The position numbers were made by a program, and so were the translations under genes. A DNA stretch of 64,000 nt from Escherichia coli (GTDB lineage: Bacteria; Pseudomonadota; Gammaproteobacteria; Enterobacterales; Enterobacteriaceae), in the NCBI RefSeq assembly GCF_017348835.2, contig NZ_CP071375.1; one strand, 5' to 3'. The stretch's first letter is position 1. Each line of letters starts with the position of its first letter. The notes under the pieces are model-generated. The model was not told the origin of the DNA, ran no database searches, and saw only the letters and a list, made by a program, of their open reading frames with translations. Positions 24,915-35,600 of this stretch are shown piece by piece.

Positions 24915-25346
24915 TTAACGGGTGCGCGGGCACACTTCACCTTCGCCGAAGAAATAAGCGATTTCGCGAGCGGCAGATTCGACGGAGTCAGAGCCGTGGG
25001 TACCGTTTTCGGTCAGGCTGTCAGCGTAATCAGCGCGCAGAGTACCGGCCAGTGCGTTTGCCGGATTGGTCGCGCCCAGCAGATCGCGGTGACGCTGAAC
25101 GGCGTTTTCACCTTCCAGCACGGAAACCACGATCGGGCCAGAGGTCATGAATTCAACCAGACCATCAAAGAACGGTTTTCCATCGTGTTCAGCATAAAAG
25201 CCACGAGCCTGTTCAACGGTCAGGTGCAGCATTTTGGTGCCGACAATTTTGAACCCTGCAGCTTCAAAGCGCGCAAAGATATTACCAATGACGTTTTTTG
25301 CTACCGCGTTCGGTTTGATAATGGAAAAAGTACGTTCAATAGCCAT
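24915..25346 (-). CDS. ndk: Nucleoside diphosphate kinase
   Basis: 143-aa [24 protein letters not shown]... Confidence 0.95.
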
Positions 25347-25486
25347 TTTTACCTCTGTAAATTGTTCTGTTGTTGTCTGTACCAGCGTACGAGATGGCGC
25401 GGATTATAATGAGCAACAGAGCCGTTGACTATTGATGAAGGTAACATTTTTTTAAAATAAAATGAGTTTTAGCAACAACTCGACTT

Positions 25487-26341
25487 TTATGGTGTTCTCA
25501 TCCCATAGCGATGACGTTGGCAATAAAGACAATTTTGCGCATTTTGCTGAAAAGTAAGAAAGGATTTTTGACAGGTTTTACAGACTTTGCGATTAGCATG
25601 AAGATTCACAATTTTTGCCGGTAGAATCGTCAATTCAACGGTCATTGCCTGATGAAAACAAACAGCAATACAATTTTGGCATCCGTTACACAAGGCATCA
25701 TTTATTTGTAAATGGCCTTCGTTAAGCGAAAAGACCTGTTGCTCGCAGGCCCGCCAGCATGCACCGCAAAGCTGACACTTTTGAGGATCCATCATCGGGC
25801 GAGCATCACTAATCTGGGGCCAAAAATAATGTAACCGACGTAATCCTGGTTGTATTTGTGTCATCTGAACATCCGCACGCTGCACATGGAACAAACGACG
25901 CCGGGAAACATTCACCTCACTGGTATGTGGAGATACCACAGACCAGCCTTCCTCGCCATATTGCCGTAAGCGTTCGTTTAACAGCAATAATGCGCGCTCC
26001 CATGCCTTCGCCTGACTCAGATCAATCGCGATCGCTGTGATCCCCTGCTCTTTATGCCATAGCAAAAGTTCTTCCAGCGTCGGCGCAATAGTGGTGAAAG
26101 GTGCGACCAGGGTGTGATTGCGAAAATAACGTAAAGGGGAATTAACGCCACGAATAGCCTCTTGCGGGCAAATAAACTGGCAAACCGCACACTCAATACA
26201 TTGTTCCGCGTCGACCGCTACGCCCTCTTCTGTCAGCGTTAGCGCCTGTGCCGGGCAAGCCTCGACACAGGCATGACATGTTGCAAAACGAAAGCGTTGG
26301 CGCGCGCATTCCGCGCCAATCGTTATGTTATGACTTAACAT
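25487..26341 (-). CDS. Poly-ferredoxin-like protein ([4Fe-4S] CxxCxxCxxxC motifs plus C-terminal CxxC...CxxC), last gene of the Dms-like operon
   Basis: 284-aa ORF with CIECAVCQFICP, CQLCGACWRAC, CNGCQNCIAVC and CKTC...CLYC; stop/start overlap with the upstream gene at 26341. Confidence 0.6.
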   Translation of the reverse strand: MLSHNITIGAECARQRFRFATCHACVEACPAQALTLTEEGVAVDAEQCIECAVCQFICPQEAIRGVNSPLRYFRNHTLVAPFTTIAPTLEELLLWHKEQGITAIAIDLSQAKAWERALLLLNERLRQYGEEGWSVVSPHTSEVNVSRRRLFHVQRADVQMTQIQPGLRRLHYFWPQISDARPMMDPQKCQLCGACWRACEQQVFSLNEGHLQINDALCNGCQNCIAVCFHQAMTVELTILPAKIVNLHANRKVCKTCQKSFLTFQQNAQNCLYCQRHRYGMRTP

Positions 26342-27162
26342 TAGCCGATACTAAAAAAGACAAAACGCAGCATAACTTCACTCCCCACTAGCATTACGCT
26401 ACCGAATAACGCCGCCGGGATATTCTTTTTACAACCACCGACAGCAAAGAACATCATCCCAATGACGGAAATTCCCCAGCTTAGTGTCAGTATGGGTTTT
26501 AACTGTCCCAGCATCGCTAATGGCGCATGTGGCAATGTGGCTATCTGCATCGCATTTGCCGTTAAATCCCCTATCCACAACGGCTGAACCAACAAGCGCA
26601 ACAGAACCAGGAGAGCGATCACCAATACGCATCCATTACGCAGGGCATCAATCTGCGGCAAAATTCCGCTAATACGAAACACGGCTACCAGCGCTGAACC
26701 GAGAATTCCCACTGTACCTAAGAACATAATCAGCGTGTTGTAATGCTGCCAGGTGATAATCGACGTATGGATGTAAACTTGCGCCATGCAGAAAACATCA
26801 ACAATCCCGACCACTGCCGCTAGCATAAGCAGGAGTTGCCAGCCGCCTTTGCGTAACATGACCAGTAATGTGGATAAACCCAATAGCGCCAGATACAGCG
26901 TACCAAAGATAATTTCCCGACTCAGCCATGAACTGGAAAAGTGACTTAGCGCATGCATCGCATTAAGTGGATAACCCAGGTGTAAGGTAGAAATCAGTAA
27001 CCCTACGGCCCCTGCCAAAAAAGCCAACAGTAATGGCGGCCGCATAACCGGGCGGGCGCTGGAGGTGATTAAAATATGACGATGAAGAAACGCCAGCCAC
27101 AGCGTCATACCGACCGATGCCTGTAACAACAGCGTAAAAGCCATTAACGGTAATTCATGCAT
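26341..27162 (-). CDS. DmsC-family membrane anchor subunit of a DMSO-reductase-type enzyme
   Basis: 273-aa polytopic membrane protein; N-terminus MHELPLMAFTLLLQ resembles the DmsC/YnfH start; overlaps the B-subunit stop by 8 nt. Confidence 0.65.
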   Translation of the reverse strand: MHELPLMAFTLLLQASVGMTLWLAFLHRHILITSSARPVMRPPLLLAFLAGAVGLLISTLHLGYPLNAMHALSHFSSSWLSREIIFGTLYLALLGLSTLLVMLRKGGWQLLLMLAAVVGIVDVFCMAQVYIHTSIITWQHYNTLIMFLGTVGILGSALVAVFRISGILPQIDALRNGCVLVIALLVLLRLLVQPLWIGDLTANAMQIATLPHAPLAMLGQLKPILTLSWGISVIGMMFFAVGGCKKNIPAALFGSVMLVGSEVMLRFVFFSIG

Positions 27163-27784
27163 GATGTGACGCCTCCTTTTCCGCGCCCTGATGCGGTTTA
27201 ATCACCAGATTTGGCTGCGTAATCGACGAATCAGGTAAACCTTTCACATCACTGACATCGCCATACTTTTCACGCAACTCATCAATAGGGCCGAACTTAA
27301 TCGCCCCCAACGGGCACGTTGCCACGCAAATGGGTTGTTCTCCTTTAGCTTGCAGATCAATACAGAAATCGCATTTCGACATCTGCCCGGTCTGCTCATT
27401 CATTTGCGGTGCGCCGTAAGGACAGGACCATGCGCAGTAACCGCAACCGACGCACTTATCAGTATTCACGCGCACAATACCGTCTCCGGGACGCTTATGC
27501 ATCGCCATCGTCGGGCAATTTTTGGTACAGATCGGATCCGCGCAATGGTTACAGGAAACAGAAAGGGTATAAGCAAAGACATTATGACTCACACCGCCCT
27601 CTCCAGTGGCGATAAAGCCACCGCCGTTCACTTCATACACGCGGCGAAAACGTCGCCCAACCTCAAGGTTGTTTTTGTCTTTACAGGCCACCTGACACGC
27701 TTTACAGCCAGAACAACGCGAAGAGTCAATAAAGAACCCTAATTGTTTGTCGCTGACAGATGCAAATTCTTTAAATTGGCTCAT
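27155..27784 (-). CDS. DmsB-family four-cluster [4Fe-4S] ferredoxin subunit
   Basis: 209-aa ORF with four Cys-cluster motifs (CKACQVAC, CNHCADPIC, CVGCGYCAWSC, CDFC...C); overlaps the A-subunit stop by 4 nt. Confidence 0.8.
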   Translation of the reverse strand: MSQFKEFASVSDKQLGFFIDSSRCSGCKACQVACKDKNNLEVGRRFRRVYEVNGGGFIATGEGGVSHNVFAYTLSVSCNHCADPICTKNCPTMAMHKRPGDGIVRVNTDKCVGCGYCAWSCPYGAPQMNEQTGQMSKCDFCIDLQAKGEQPICVATCPLGAIKFGPIDELREKYGDVSDVKGLPDSSITQPNLVIKPHQGAEKEASHHA

Positions 27785-30162
27785 GCTTTCTCAACCTCCA
27801 CCAGCATTGTTTGATGTGAATTCCCTTTCGCCAGCGCCGTAATGCGGGTCGAACTCAGTACATTGGCGCAGCCTCCGCGATCAATACCTTGTGCATCCGG
27901 TTGCCACCATGCCCCCGCCTGCATAGCAACTACGCCAGGGATGATACGGGGGGTTATTTCCACCGGGATAATGCTCACACCACGATCGTTATAAATTTTT
28001 ACGCTATCTCCTTCGACAATCCCGCGCTGTTTTGCATCTTGCGGATTCAGCCAGAGTTTTTGCGTCTGAACTTCTTGCAGCCACGGGTTAGCATACTGGG
28101 TGGAATTAGCACGGTTTTTCCCTTTCCAGGTGATGAGCTGCAACGGGTATTTCGCCGTCAGTTTATCTTCTGGCCCTTCAAAGGCAGGGACATAGTGCGA
28201 AAGCGCGGGAATTTCTGGATCTTGCATATCAAAAAGACGCTTAGAGAAGATCTCAATTTTGCCGGAAGGCGTCGGGAAAGGATTATTCTGCGGATCGCGA
28301 ATATTTGCTTCGAAAGCGATGTGCGGCGCGCTTTTGAAAAGATGTCGACGTGTTTTTTGCAGGGTCGCGAAGTCCGGCAAATTTTCATCCGGCATCGCCA
28401 GACGAGTTTGCTCCCAGATATGCTCGATCCATTGCTTCTCATCACGTCCTTGACTGAACTCGGCTTCGACACCCAGTTTTTTCGCCACGTCACGCAACCA
28501 GTCATAATCGGTGCGACGTTCAAACTCCGGCTCAATCAGTTTTTCTGACAGAATGAGATAGCTCGCCGTTCCCCATGTTTCGCCGATATTCCAGCGTTCC
28601 ATAAAGCTGGTTTCCGGCAGCAACACATCGGCATATTTCGCGCTCGGAGTCATGAACAGATCGCTGAGTACGATGAATTCTATTTTAGATTCGTCTTCAA
28701 GGAGCTTCGCGGCCTGGTGGACGTCCGGGTTCTGGTTCGCCAGATAATTACCTGCCAGTGAGAACAGCAGGCGGATATTACTGTCGAGTTTATCGACACC
28801 TTTAAGCCCATCTTGTGGCGTAACTTTAGAAGCATCATCCGCCGCCTGCATCCAGTTCATAATCGAGATTTTCGCTTGTACCGGATTTTCTGGCATATCT
28901 GGTCCAACGCAGAATTTACGATTAGAACTACCGCCATAACCTGCCGCCCAGCCACCTTTGATGCCGACGTTACCGGTAATCGAGGCCAGTAAAGTTGAAC
29001 CTCGGGCGGTGCGTTCGCCGCAAATATGTCGCTGCGGTCCCCATCCCTGAATCAACGCTGCGGGTTTCGTGTTGGCGTAATCACGGGCCAGTTGACGAAT
29101 AGTTTGCGCTGGAACGTGGGTAATTTTTTCTGCCCATTCCGGCGTTTTGTGTATCCCATCTTTTGCGCCAAAAAGGTAGGCAACCAACGATTCGTTGGCT
29201 GGTACGCCTTCCGGCATGGAGTTTTCATCAAAACCGAGAGTATATGTGTCGATAAATGTCTTATCATGGAGATTCTCGCTGATAATGACGTACATCATCG
29301 CGTCCATCAACGCATTGTCCGTGGTCGGCAACAGCGGGATCCACTGATCGGCAAGTGAAGATACGGTGTCGGAATAGCGCGGATCCACCACGATAAAACG
29401 TGTACCGTTTTGCTTCATTTTTTGAAAATAGTAATTGGTGTGACCGAATATGGTTTCCGTTGGGTTATGCCCCCAGAGAATCACCAGTTTGGTATCCAGA
29501 AGAGTATCCATCGAGTTACCGCTCGCGGCCACGCCATACGTGTAAGGCGTGGCCGCCGCAGTATTACCCAGACTAACTGAGTGATAATATTCAAGATAAC
29601 CACCGGTTAAATTTAACAGCCGACGCGCCATCGCATCGCCAGAAAATGTTCCACCAGAAACAGCCGTCCCGACATGGACATAACGTGAAGCCGGGCCATA
29701 TTGTTGCGTGATCCTTTTCAGGTTATCGGCAATTAAGGTCGTCGCCTCATCCCATGAAATACGCTCAAATTTCCCCTCGCCCCGTTTACCGACCCGTTTC
29801 ATCGGATATTTCAGGCGGTCTGGATGATAAACAAATTTACGATAGCCGCGACCACGAACACAGGCGCGCATAATCGGCATTTGTGGATCCAATTCGTTAT
29901 CGGGAAGCGTGGTAATTTGCGTCACCACACCGTCGCACATATGCGCCCGAATATCGCACTTACCACCGCAGTCAAATGTGCTACAGGTGGGCACGACTTT
30001 ATCAGCTACTGGAGCTGTAACTTCTGGCGACGCATCTGGGGATTGCGCCTTTGCGGTAGAAGAAATAAAAGGCAAAGTGATAAGCGCGGAAGTCGCTTGT
30101 AAAAAACTACGTCGTGATACTTGCGGAAATGTAATGCGTTCCTTTTCGTCTGGCGTATCCAT
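27781..30162 (-). CDS. Tat-exported molybdopterin oxidoreductase catalytic subunit (DMSO reductase family, DmsA/YnfE-like)
   Basis: 793-aa ORF with twin-arginine signal (SRRSFLQATSAL...AKA) and an N-terminal Cys cluster (CSTFDCGGKCDIRAHMCDG) typical of the FS0-binding region. Confidence 0.85.
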   Translation of the reverse strand: MDTPDEKERITFPQVSRRSFLQATSALITLPFISSTAKAQSPDASPEVTAPVADKVVPTCSTFDCGGKCDIRAHMCDGVVTQITTLPDNELDPQMPIMRACVRGRGYRKFVYHPDRLKYPMKRVGKRGEGKFERISWDEATTLIADNLKRITQQYGPASRYVHVGTAVSGGTFSGDAMARRLLNLTGGYLEYYHSVSLGNTAAATPYTYGVAASGNSMDTLLDTKLVILWGHNPTETIFGHTNYYFQKMKQNGTRFIVVDPRYSDTVSSLADQWIPLLPTTDNALMDAMMYVIISENLHDKTFIDTYTLGFDENSMPEGVPANESLVAYLFGAKDGIHKTPEWAEKITHVPAQTIRQLARDYANTKPAALIQGWGPQRHICGERTARGSTLLASITGNVGIKGGWAAGYGGSSNRKFCVGPDMPENPVQAKISIMNWMQAADDASKVTPQDGLKGVDKLDSNIRLLFSLAGNYLANQNPDVHQAAKLLEDESKIEFIVLSDLFMTPSAKYADVLLPETSFMERWNIGETWGTASYLILSEKLIEPEFERRTDYDWLRDVAKKLGVEAEFSQGRDEKQWIEHIWEQTRLAMPDENLPDFATLQKTRRHLFKSAPHIAFEANIRDPQNNPFPTPSGKIEIFSKRLFDMQDPEIPALSHYVPAFEGPEDKLTAKYPLQLITWKGKNRANSTQYANPWLQEVQTQKLWLNPQDAKQRGIVEGDSVKIYNDRGVSIIPVEITPRIIPGVVAMQAGAWWQPDAQGIDRGGCANVLSSTRITALAKGNSHQTMLVEVEKA

Positions 30163-30217
30163 CTTGCGTTCCCGAAAATGAAAAAATAAATATTCACGTA
30201 TTTATTCGAGAACAATG

Positions 30218-30231
30218 CTGATAACAATCAA
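30218..30231. promoter_or_regulatory. Candidate FNR/CRP-family box upstream of the Dms-like operon
   Basis: cTGATaacaATCAA matches the FNR consensus TTGAT-N4-ATCAA at 9 of 10 positions, centred about 62 bp upstream of the A-subunit start codon in an AT-rich spacer. Confidence 0.3.
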
Positions 30232-30325
30232 ATAATTAGTCGTTTAAAAAAACGTGAGATTATTAAATTATTAATGTATTCCAAATATAAATGCCATAAT
30301 TAGATTAATAAATATTTTGTATATT

Positions 30326-32638
30326 TCACTGAAATGAAAAATATACTGTCGCGATTTGCCCCACCTCATCCATCACCAGCAATTGATAATCGCCTTTATC
30401 CATCAAATGCAGGGTCACGTTGCGCCCGCGTTCAGTTAACGGTTCGCCATTCAGAAACCACCAGCGTTCACCTGCTCCTCCACTTGATTGCACCGGCAAA
30501 GTCGCTTCTGCTGCGCCCGGTAAACGTTTAATAATCGCGCCATCGCGAACGCCTGTCAGCTGCAGCGGGAGTTGTGCATGGTGACCGTATGGCGGGCAAA
30601 TTGTCGAGGCCGGTGGTAAGCGCACAGCGCGACGTTCTGATGCGGGCAACCAGGGTTCCAGCGGTAGCGGCCAGACATTTATCATTTCTTGTCGCGCTTG
30701 CGGGCAATCAGCGGCAACACGTTTGCCATTTTCATCCAGCCAGATGGGGAAACGAATGCCATTAATGCCTTCCTGCTCCGGCAGTAATAGAGTTGGCGGC
30801 TGACTCCTGTCCAGCAGCCAGGTTGCCAGGCGGCGGCGACAGTTACCGTCACCTTCCGGCAAAGACTGTCCGCCCGGCCAGCAGATAACGCCACGAGTGA
30901 CTGAGTTCGGGCGCGGGTCTTCCGGCAGATTAGCACTGCGCGACAGTAAGATATTATTGACCTGATTCAACAATGGTACGGCGCTGGCAAAACCAAACTG
31001 ACCAACAACGGGCGTGCCGTCCGGTCTGCCAGTCCAGATCCCAATGACATAGCGAGCGTTAACCCCAATCGCCCAGGCGTCACGATAGCCATAGCTGGTG
31101 CCCGTTTTCCATGCCAGTGGGGCGACGCGCGGCAAGGCACCATCCGGCAAGGGTTGCGCTTCATCAGCCATAATCCGGCGAATGATCCACGCAGCCCCCG
31201 ACGACATTAAAGGCCGTTCAAGCAGCGGATCGTCAGGCTGTAAGCGCAATTTGCCTGCCTTGCCGTGGCGAGCAAACGCGGTATACGCTGCCGCCATATC
31301 TTCCAGTTTTGCACCAGCGCCGCCGAGAATGAGCGAAAGATTCGGCGCCGCACCGTTGGGCAAATATAACGGCAATCCAACATTGCGTAACTTTGCCGCA
31401 AACCGTTTCGGTCCATAGGCTTCCAGTACCTGCACAGCAGGTAAATTCAGCGAGCGCACCAGCGCCTCGCTCATGCTGATCGGGCCATGAAAACCGCTAT
31501 CAAAGTTACCTGGTCGATAATCACCGGTGCGCCGGGGGACGTCTTGCAGCAGTGATGCCGGGTGGATCAAGCCTTCATCCAGCGCCAGACCATAAACAAA
31601 CGGTTTGAGCACCGATCCTGGCGATCGGATCGCATTGACCATATCAACATGACCAAAGCGTGAATCATCGTTGAGATCTACCGATCCCACCCAGCCGCGA
31701 ACACGCATATCGGTATGATCAACCACGATCATCGCCAGTGAGCTGCGCGGCGGCAATCGTCCTTTCCAGTTTTGCGCCAGTTCTTCCAGACGTCGCTGAA
31801 GCCCGGCATCCAGCGTAGTAACGATTTTGTCGCTTTTACTTTTACCGAGCATCATGCGCGAAAACAGCGGTGCCAGTTGCGGCATTTGTCGGGGTGCCAG
31901 CCAGATGGGTTCTTCCCTTGACTCTTTTACCTGCTCACGGGACCACACACCTTGCACGGCCATCCGTTCGAGCACTTTATTACGCGCGGCTTCGGCACGC
32001 TCCGGCCAACGATCCGGGCGAAGACGGCTGGGCGCTTGCGGCAAAACCGCCAGCATTGCCGCCTCGGAATAGCTTAAATTCGCAGGCGATTTTCCGAGAT
32101 AAGCCCAACTTGCCGCACCGATCCCCTGCAACGTACCGCCAAACGGAGCGCGGTTAAGATACAAGGTCAGAATTTCACGCTTAGACAAATGCCACTCCAG
32201 TTGCAACGCGCGCCAGAGCTGGCGAATTTTGCCGCCAAATGTTTTGGGGTGAGGATCAAGCAGACGAGCAACCTGCATAGTGAGCGTGCTGCCACCGGAA
32301 ATAACCCGTCCCGAAGTGAAATCTTGCCATGCTGCGCGCGCCACCGAGAATGGATTCACCCCAGGATGCTTCCAGAACCAGCGATCTTCATAATTGATCA
32401 GCGCTTCAAGGTAACGTGGAGAAACATCTTCGATTGTTACAGGATAACGCCAGATGCCGTCAGCATCGGCGAAGCGCCAGAGCGGCGTACCATCCTGCGC
32501 CACGACCACTCGTGCGGGATTGACTTCATGCAGCGGTAGAGGCCAGAGTTTATCTGCTCCCCACGCTGCAAGAAAAAGGAGAAATGGCGCAGCTGCCAGC
32601 GTTATCCAGCAGCCGCGTTTGGTTAACAAGCGAGGCAT
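30326..32638 (-). CDS. pbpC: Penicillin-binding protein 1C (transglycosylase/transpeptidase)
   Basis: 770-aa ORF; abuts the upstream yfhM stop. Confidence 0.93.
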   Translation of the reverse strand: MPRLLTKRGCWITLAAAPFLLFLAAWGADKLWPLPLHEVNPARVVVAQDGTPLWRFADADGIWRYPVTIEDVSPRYLEALINYEDRWFWKHPGVNPFSVARAAWQDFTSGRVISGGSTLTMQVARLLDPHPKTFGGKIRQLWRALQLEWHLSKREILTLYLNRAPFGGTLQGIGAASWAYLGKSPANLSYSEAAMLAVLPQAPSRLRPDRWPERAEAARNKVLERMAVQGVWSREQVKESREEPIWLAPRQMPQLAPLFSRMMLGKSKSDKIVTTLDAGLQRRLEELAQNWKGRLPPRSSLAMIVVDHTDMRVRGWVGSVDLNDDSRFGHVDMVNAIRSPGSVLKPFVYGLALDEGLIHPASLLQDVPRRTGDYRPGNFDSGFHGPISMSEALVRSLNLPAVQVLEAYGPKRFAAKLRNVGLPLYLPNGAAPNLSLILGGAGAKLEDMAAAYTAFARHGKAGKLRLQPDDPLLERPLMSSGAAWIIRRIMADEAQPLPDGALPRVAPLAWKTGTSYGYRDAWAIGVNARYVIGIWTGRPDGTPVVGQFGFASAVPLLNQVNNILLSRSANLPEDPRPNSVTRGVICWPGGQSLPEGDGNCRRRLATWLLDRSQPPTLLLPEQEGINGIRFPIWLDENGKRVAADCPQARQEMINVWPLPLEPWLPASERRAVRLPPASTICPPYGHHAQLPLQLTGVRDGAIIKRLPGAAEATLPVQSSGGAGERWWFLNGEPLTERGRNVTLHLMDKGDYQLLVMDEVGQIATVYFSFQ

Positions 32639-35600
32639 TTACGGTCTGACAATCAGCAAATCTTCAGCCGCGCCGGTCGCCCGCCATTGGGGAACATACA
32701 TTGATTCCACCATCGGTTGCGGTACCTGATACGTTCCCGGCGTCACCGCCCGCGCCAGATACACCAGCGTTACCGGTTGGTATTCATCAACGGCAACCGC
32801 CGCCACAAAGCGATCGTCACGGAACTCAATGTGCTTAATACTCGCCTGCTGCATCTGGTTCAGTAAGTTCTGCACTTCGCCACCACTTTGCTCCAGGCTG
32901 GCGCTACCGTTCGCCAGATTCTGGTTTTCCAGTTCCAGACCCGCAGGCAGCAGATCCACGACCAACGCATCCGGCACGCTGTTACTGGCTTTTACCTGCA
33001 ACCAGACCAGCACCAGATCGCCGCTACGTAACGAGTCCAGCGATTTGCTCTTACCATCAGTACCAAGAATATGACGCTCAATTTGCAGCACATTGTTCGC
33101 CGGTAAAGGTGCGGATTGCGGATAACCGCTGGCATCCACACGCAGCCATAACGGCTGCTCGCCACTGTTGGTCACCTGCAAGGTGGCAAGTTGATCGCTA
33201 TTCAGATTGCTGTTTTGCGCTTTCTCGCCTGTCAGCGGCTCAGTTGAGAAAGAGGTTTGCGCCTGCCATTTACCTGGTAAATCCTGAATCGTACGGGCAG
33301 CCAGGAACAACGCGTTACTTTCCTGCGTCGATAGCCAGCGTTCACCAAACGCCTGCTGCGAAAGTGTGTTCAGCAAAGTGTACTGCTCATCGGGTAGCAG
33401 TTTATTTTCTTCCAGCAAGGAGAGCATTAACGCGTTGTCGCGCAGTGGACTACCGTAATCACCCAGCCATATCCGCTCATCACTATTTCTCGGCGTTTTC
33501 AGCGCCAGCACAATCGCTTCTTCACCACGCGTTGCATCACCCATGGTTTTCAGCGCAACGCCAAGTTGCAGCAGCGGTAAACCAGAAGCGGCATCTGCAC
33601 GATGCTCCCAGATTTCACGCAGCGCACCCAACGGAGCCTTTTGCTGACGGGCCAACACCAGCGCAGCGTAAGACTGTACGGCGAATTTACTGGCTTTGAG
33701 ATTATCCGCGTACGGGATCGACATCATGCCCGGATCTTGTAAATAGCGCAGCAGACGCTCATTACCCCGGTTAATGGCGTCTGTCGGCACGCTGTAACCC
33801 TGTTCGCCTGCGCGGACCAGGAAATCCATCACGTAAGCCGTCAGCCAGTACTCTTCGTCACCGTTTTTATCCCACAGCGCAAAGCCGCCGTTATCACGTT
33901 GCATTTGCAGCAAACGGGAAATGCCGATATCGACCGATGCACGGCGTTTCTCATCACTGTCGCCTTTGATGCCCAACGCCTGCAGTTGGGCTGCGTTGGT
34001 ATAAAGTGACGGGAACAGGCCGCTGGCGGTTTGCTCAAGACAGCCGTACGGATACGCTTTTAACTCTTTGATATAACGTGCGATGTTCAGCGGTGGTTTG
34101 CCGCTCAACAACAATTGCCCTTCCAGCGTAACAGGCGAGAAGTTTTGCAATCCATCCGCCGGAATCGCCCATGTCTCACCAGGCTGTAACGCCGTACCGT
34201 AATTAACCGTTTGTGCCGGGAACGCCGGACGGACGCCGATTTTCCACTGCTTATGCTGATCGGCAACGGTTTCACCCGGTAACGCTAACCCGCTAATGGT
34301 GGCCTGAATTTCTCCATCGCCATAACCCGGCAATGCTCGCACCGGGATAAACAGCGTAGTACGCACACCTGGCGCTAATTCAACGGCTGCGGGTGAATCG
34401 CTGACCAGTTCAAGCAAACCACTGGCGGTCAGGGCAACGTTCAGTTTTTGCGGTTTATCGGTAAGATTAGTGATATCCAGCGTCAGACGCGAGGTATCGC
34501 CACTCGCCATAAAGCGCGGCATGTTCAGTTCAGCAATCACCGGTGCGGCAACTATCACTTTGCTTTCGTTGCTACCGAAGTCATCTGCCGTCCAGGCTTG
34601 CGCCATGACGCGCAATTCACCGTTAAAATCGCCAATCGGCAGTGTAACCGAGCCTTCGCCCTGTTCGTTGAGCGTTACCGGCAGCGCCTGCTGCGCGACA
34701 ATATTGACGTGATTGACCGGCGGTTTACCACCACGTTTCAGCTCATCACCATCGCCACCGAAACGCAGAGCTGCCAGACGCCCCTGACCTTCAATAACCT
34801 GACCGTAAATATCGTAAATGTCCGCGCCATAGCGTTTCTGACCAAAGAACGCCTGCCACGGATCTGGCGTGACGTAGTCAGTAATATTCAGCACACCACT
34901 ATCAACGGCAGACACCAGCACATTCACCTGTTTAGGCTTCTCGCCATTTTTAGTGCTGGCTTTAATTTTCACGGTTAATGGTTGATTGGGACGCATTTTT
35001 GCTGGTGTTTCCAGCGCCAGATCGAGGCGACGGTTTTCATCACCAAGCGGCAGATGCAACACACCAACCGCGCGTTTTGGCGTCGCGGAGCGAGATTTAT
35101 CGCCAGGACGCACCACCAGCGTACTCAAATAAAGATCATGACGATGCCAGGTTTTATCGACCGGAATCGTCAGATCCAGCCCTTGAGCCGGAACATCAAT
35201 CTCTTGCCACCACAGCGGCCCTTCACTGGACTCGACCATCGCATAACCTTTACCCGCCGTTGGCGCGGCAATATGCAACTTAATGGTGTCGCCTGGGCGA
35301 TAACTGGCTTTATCCAGTTTCATCGTGACACGGTCGGGTCGCACGACACCGCTCCCGTCGCTGTTGTCCTGCCAGCTATAGCCAGCCCAGAAACGCACAC
35401 TACTGACCGCTTCATTCGGCGCTTTGACTTCCAGACGATAAGCGCCCCACTCTACCGGGAAACTGACCTTGCCGGTTTCGTCCGCTTTCAGATCCAGAGT
35501 TTGTTCATTTTCAATCAGATCTTTTTGATCAAACTGTGATTGCCAGCCTTCATCTTCTGACCAGTTCCAGTAGTAATCGCGGCGTTCGCGAATCAGGCGC

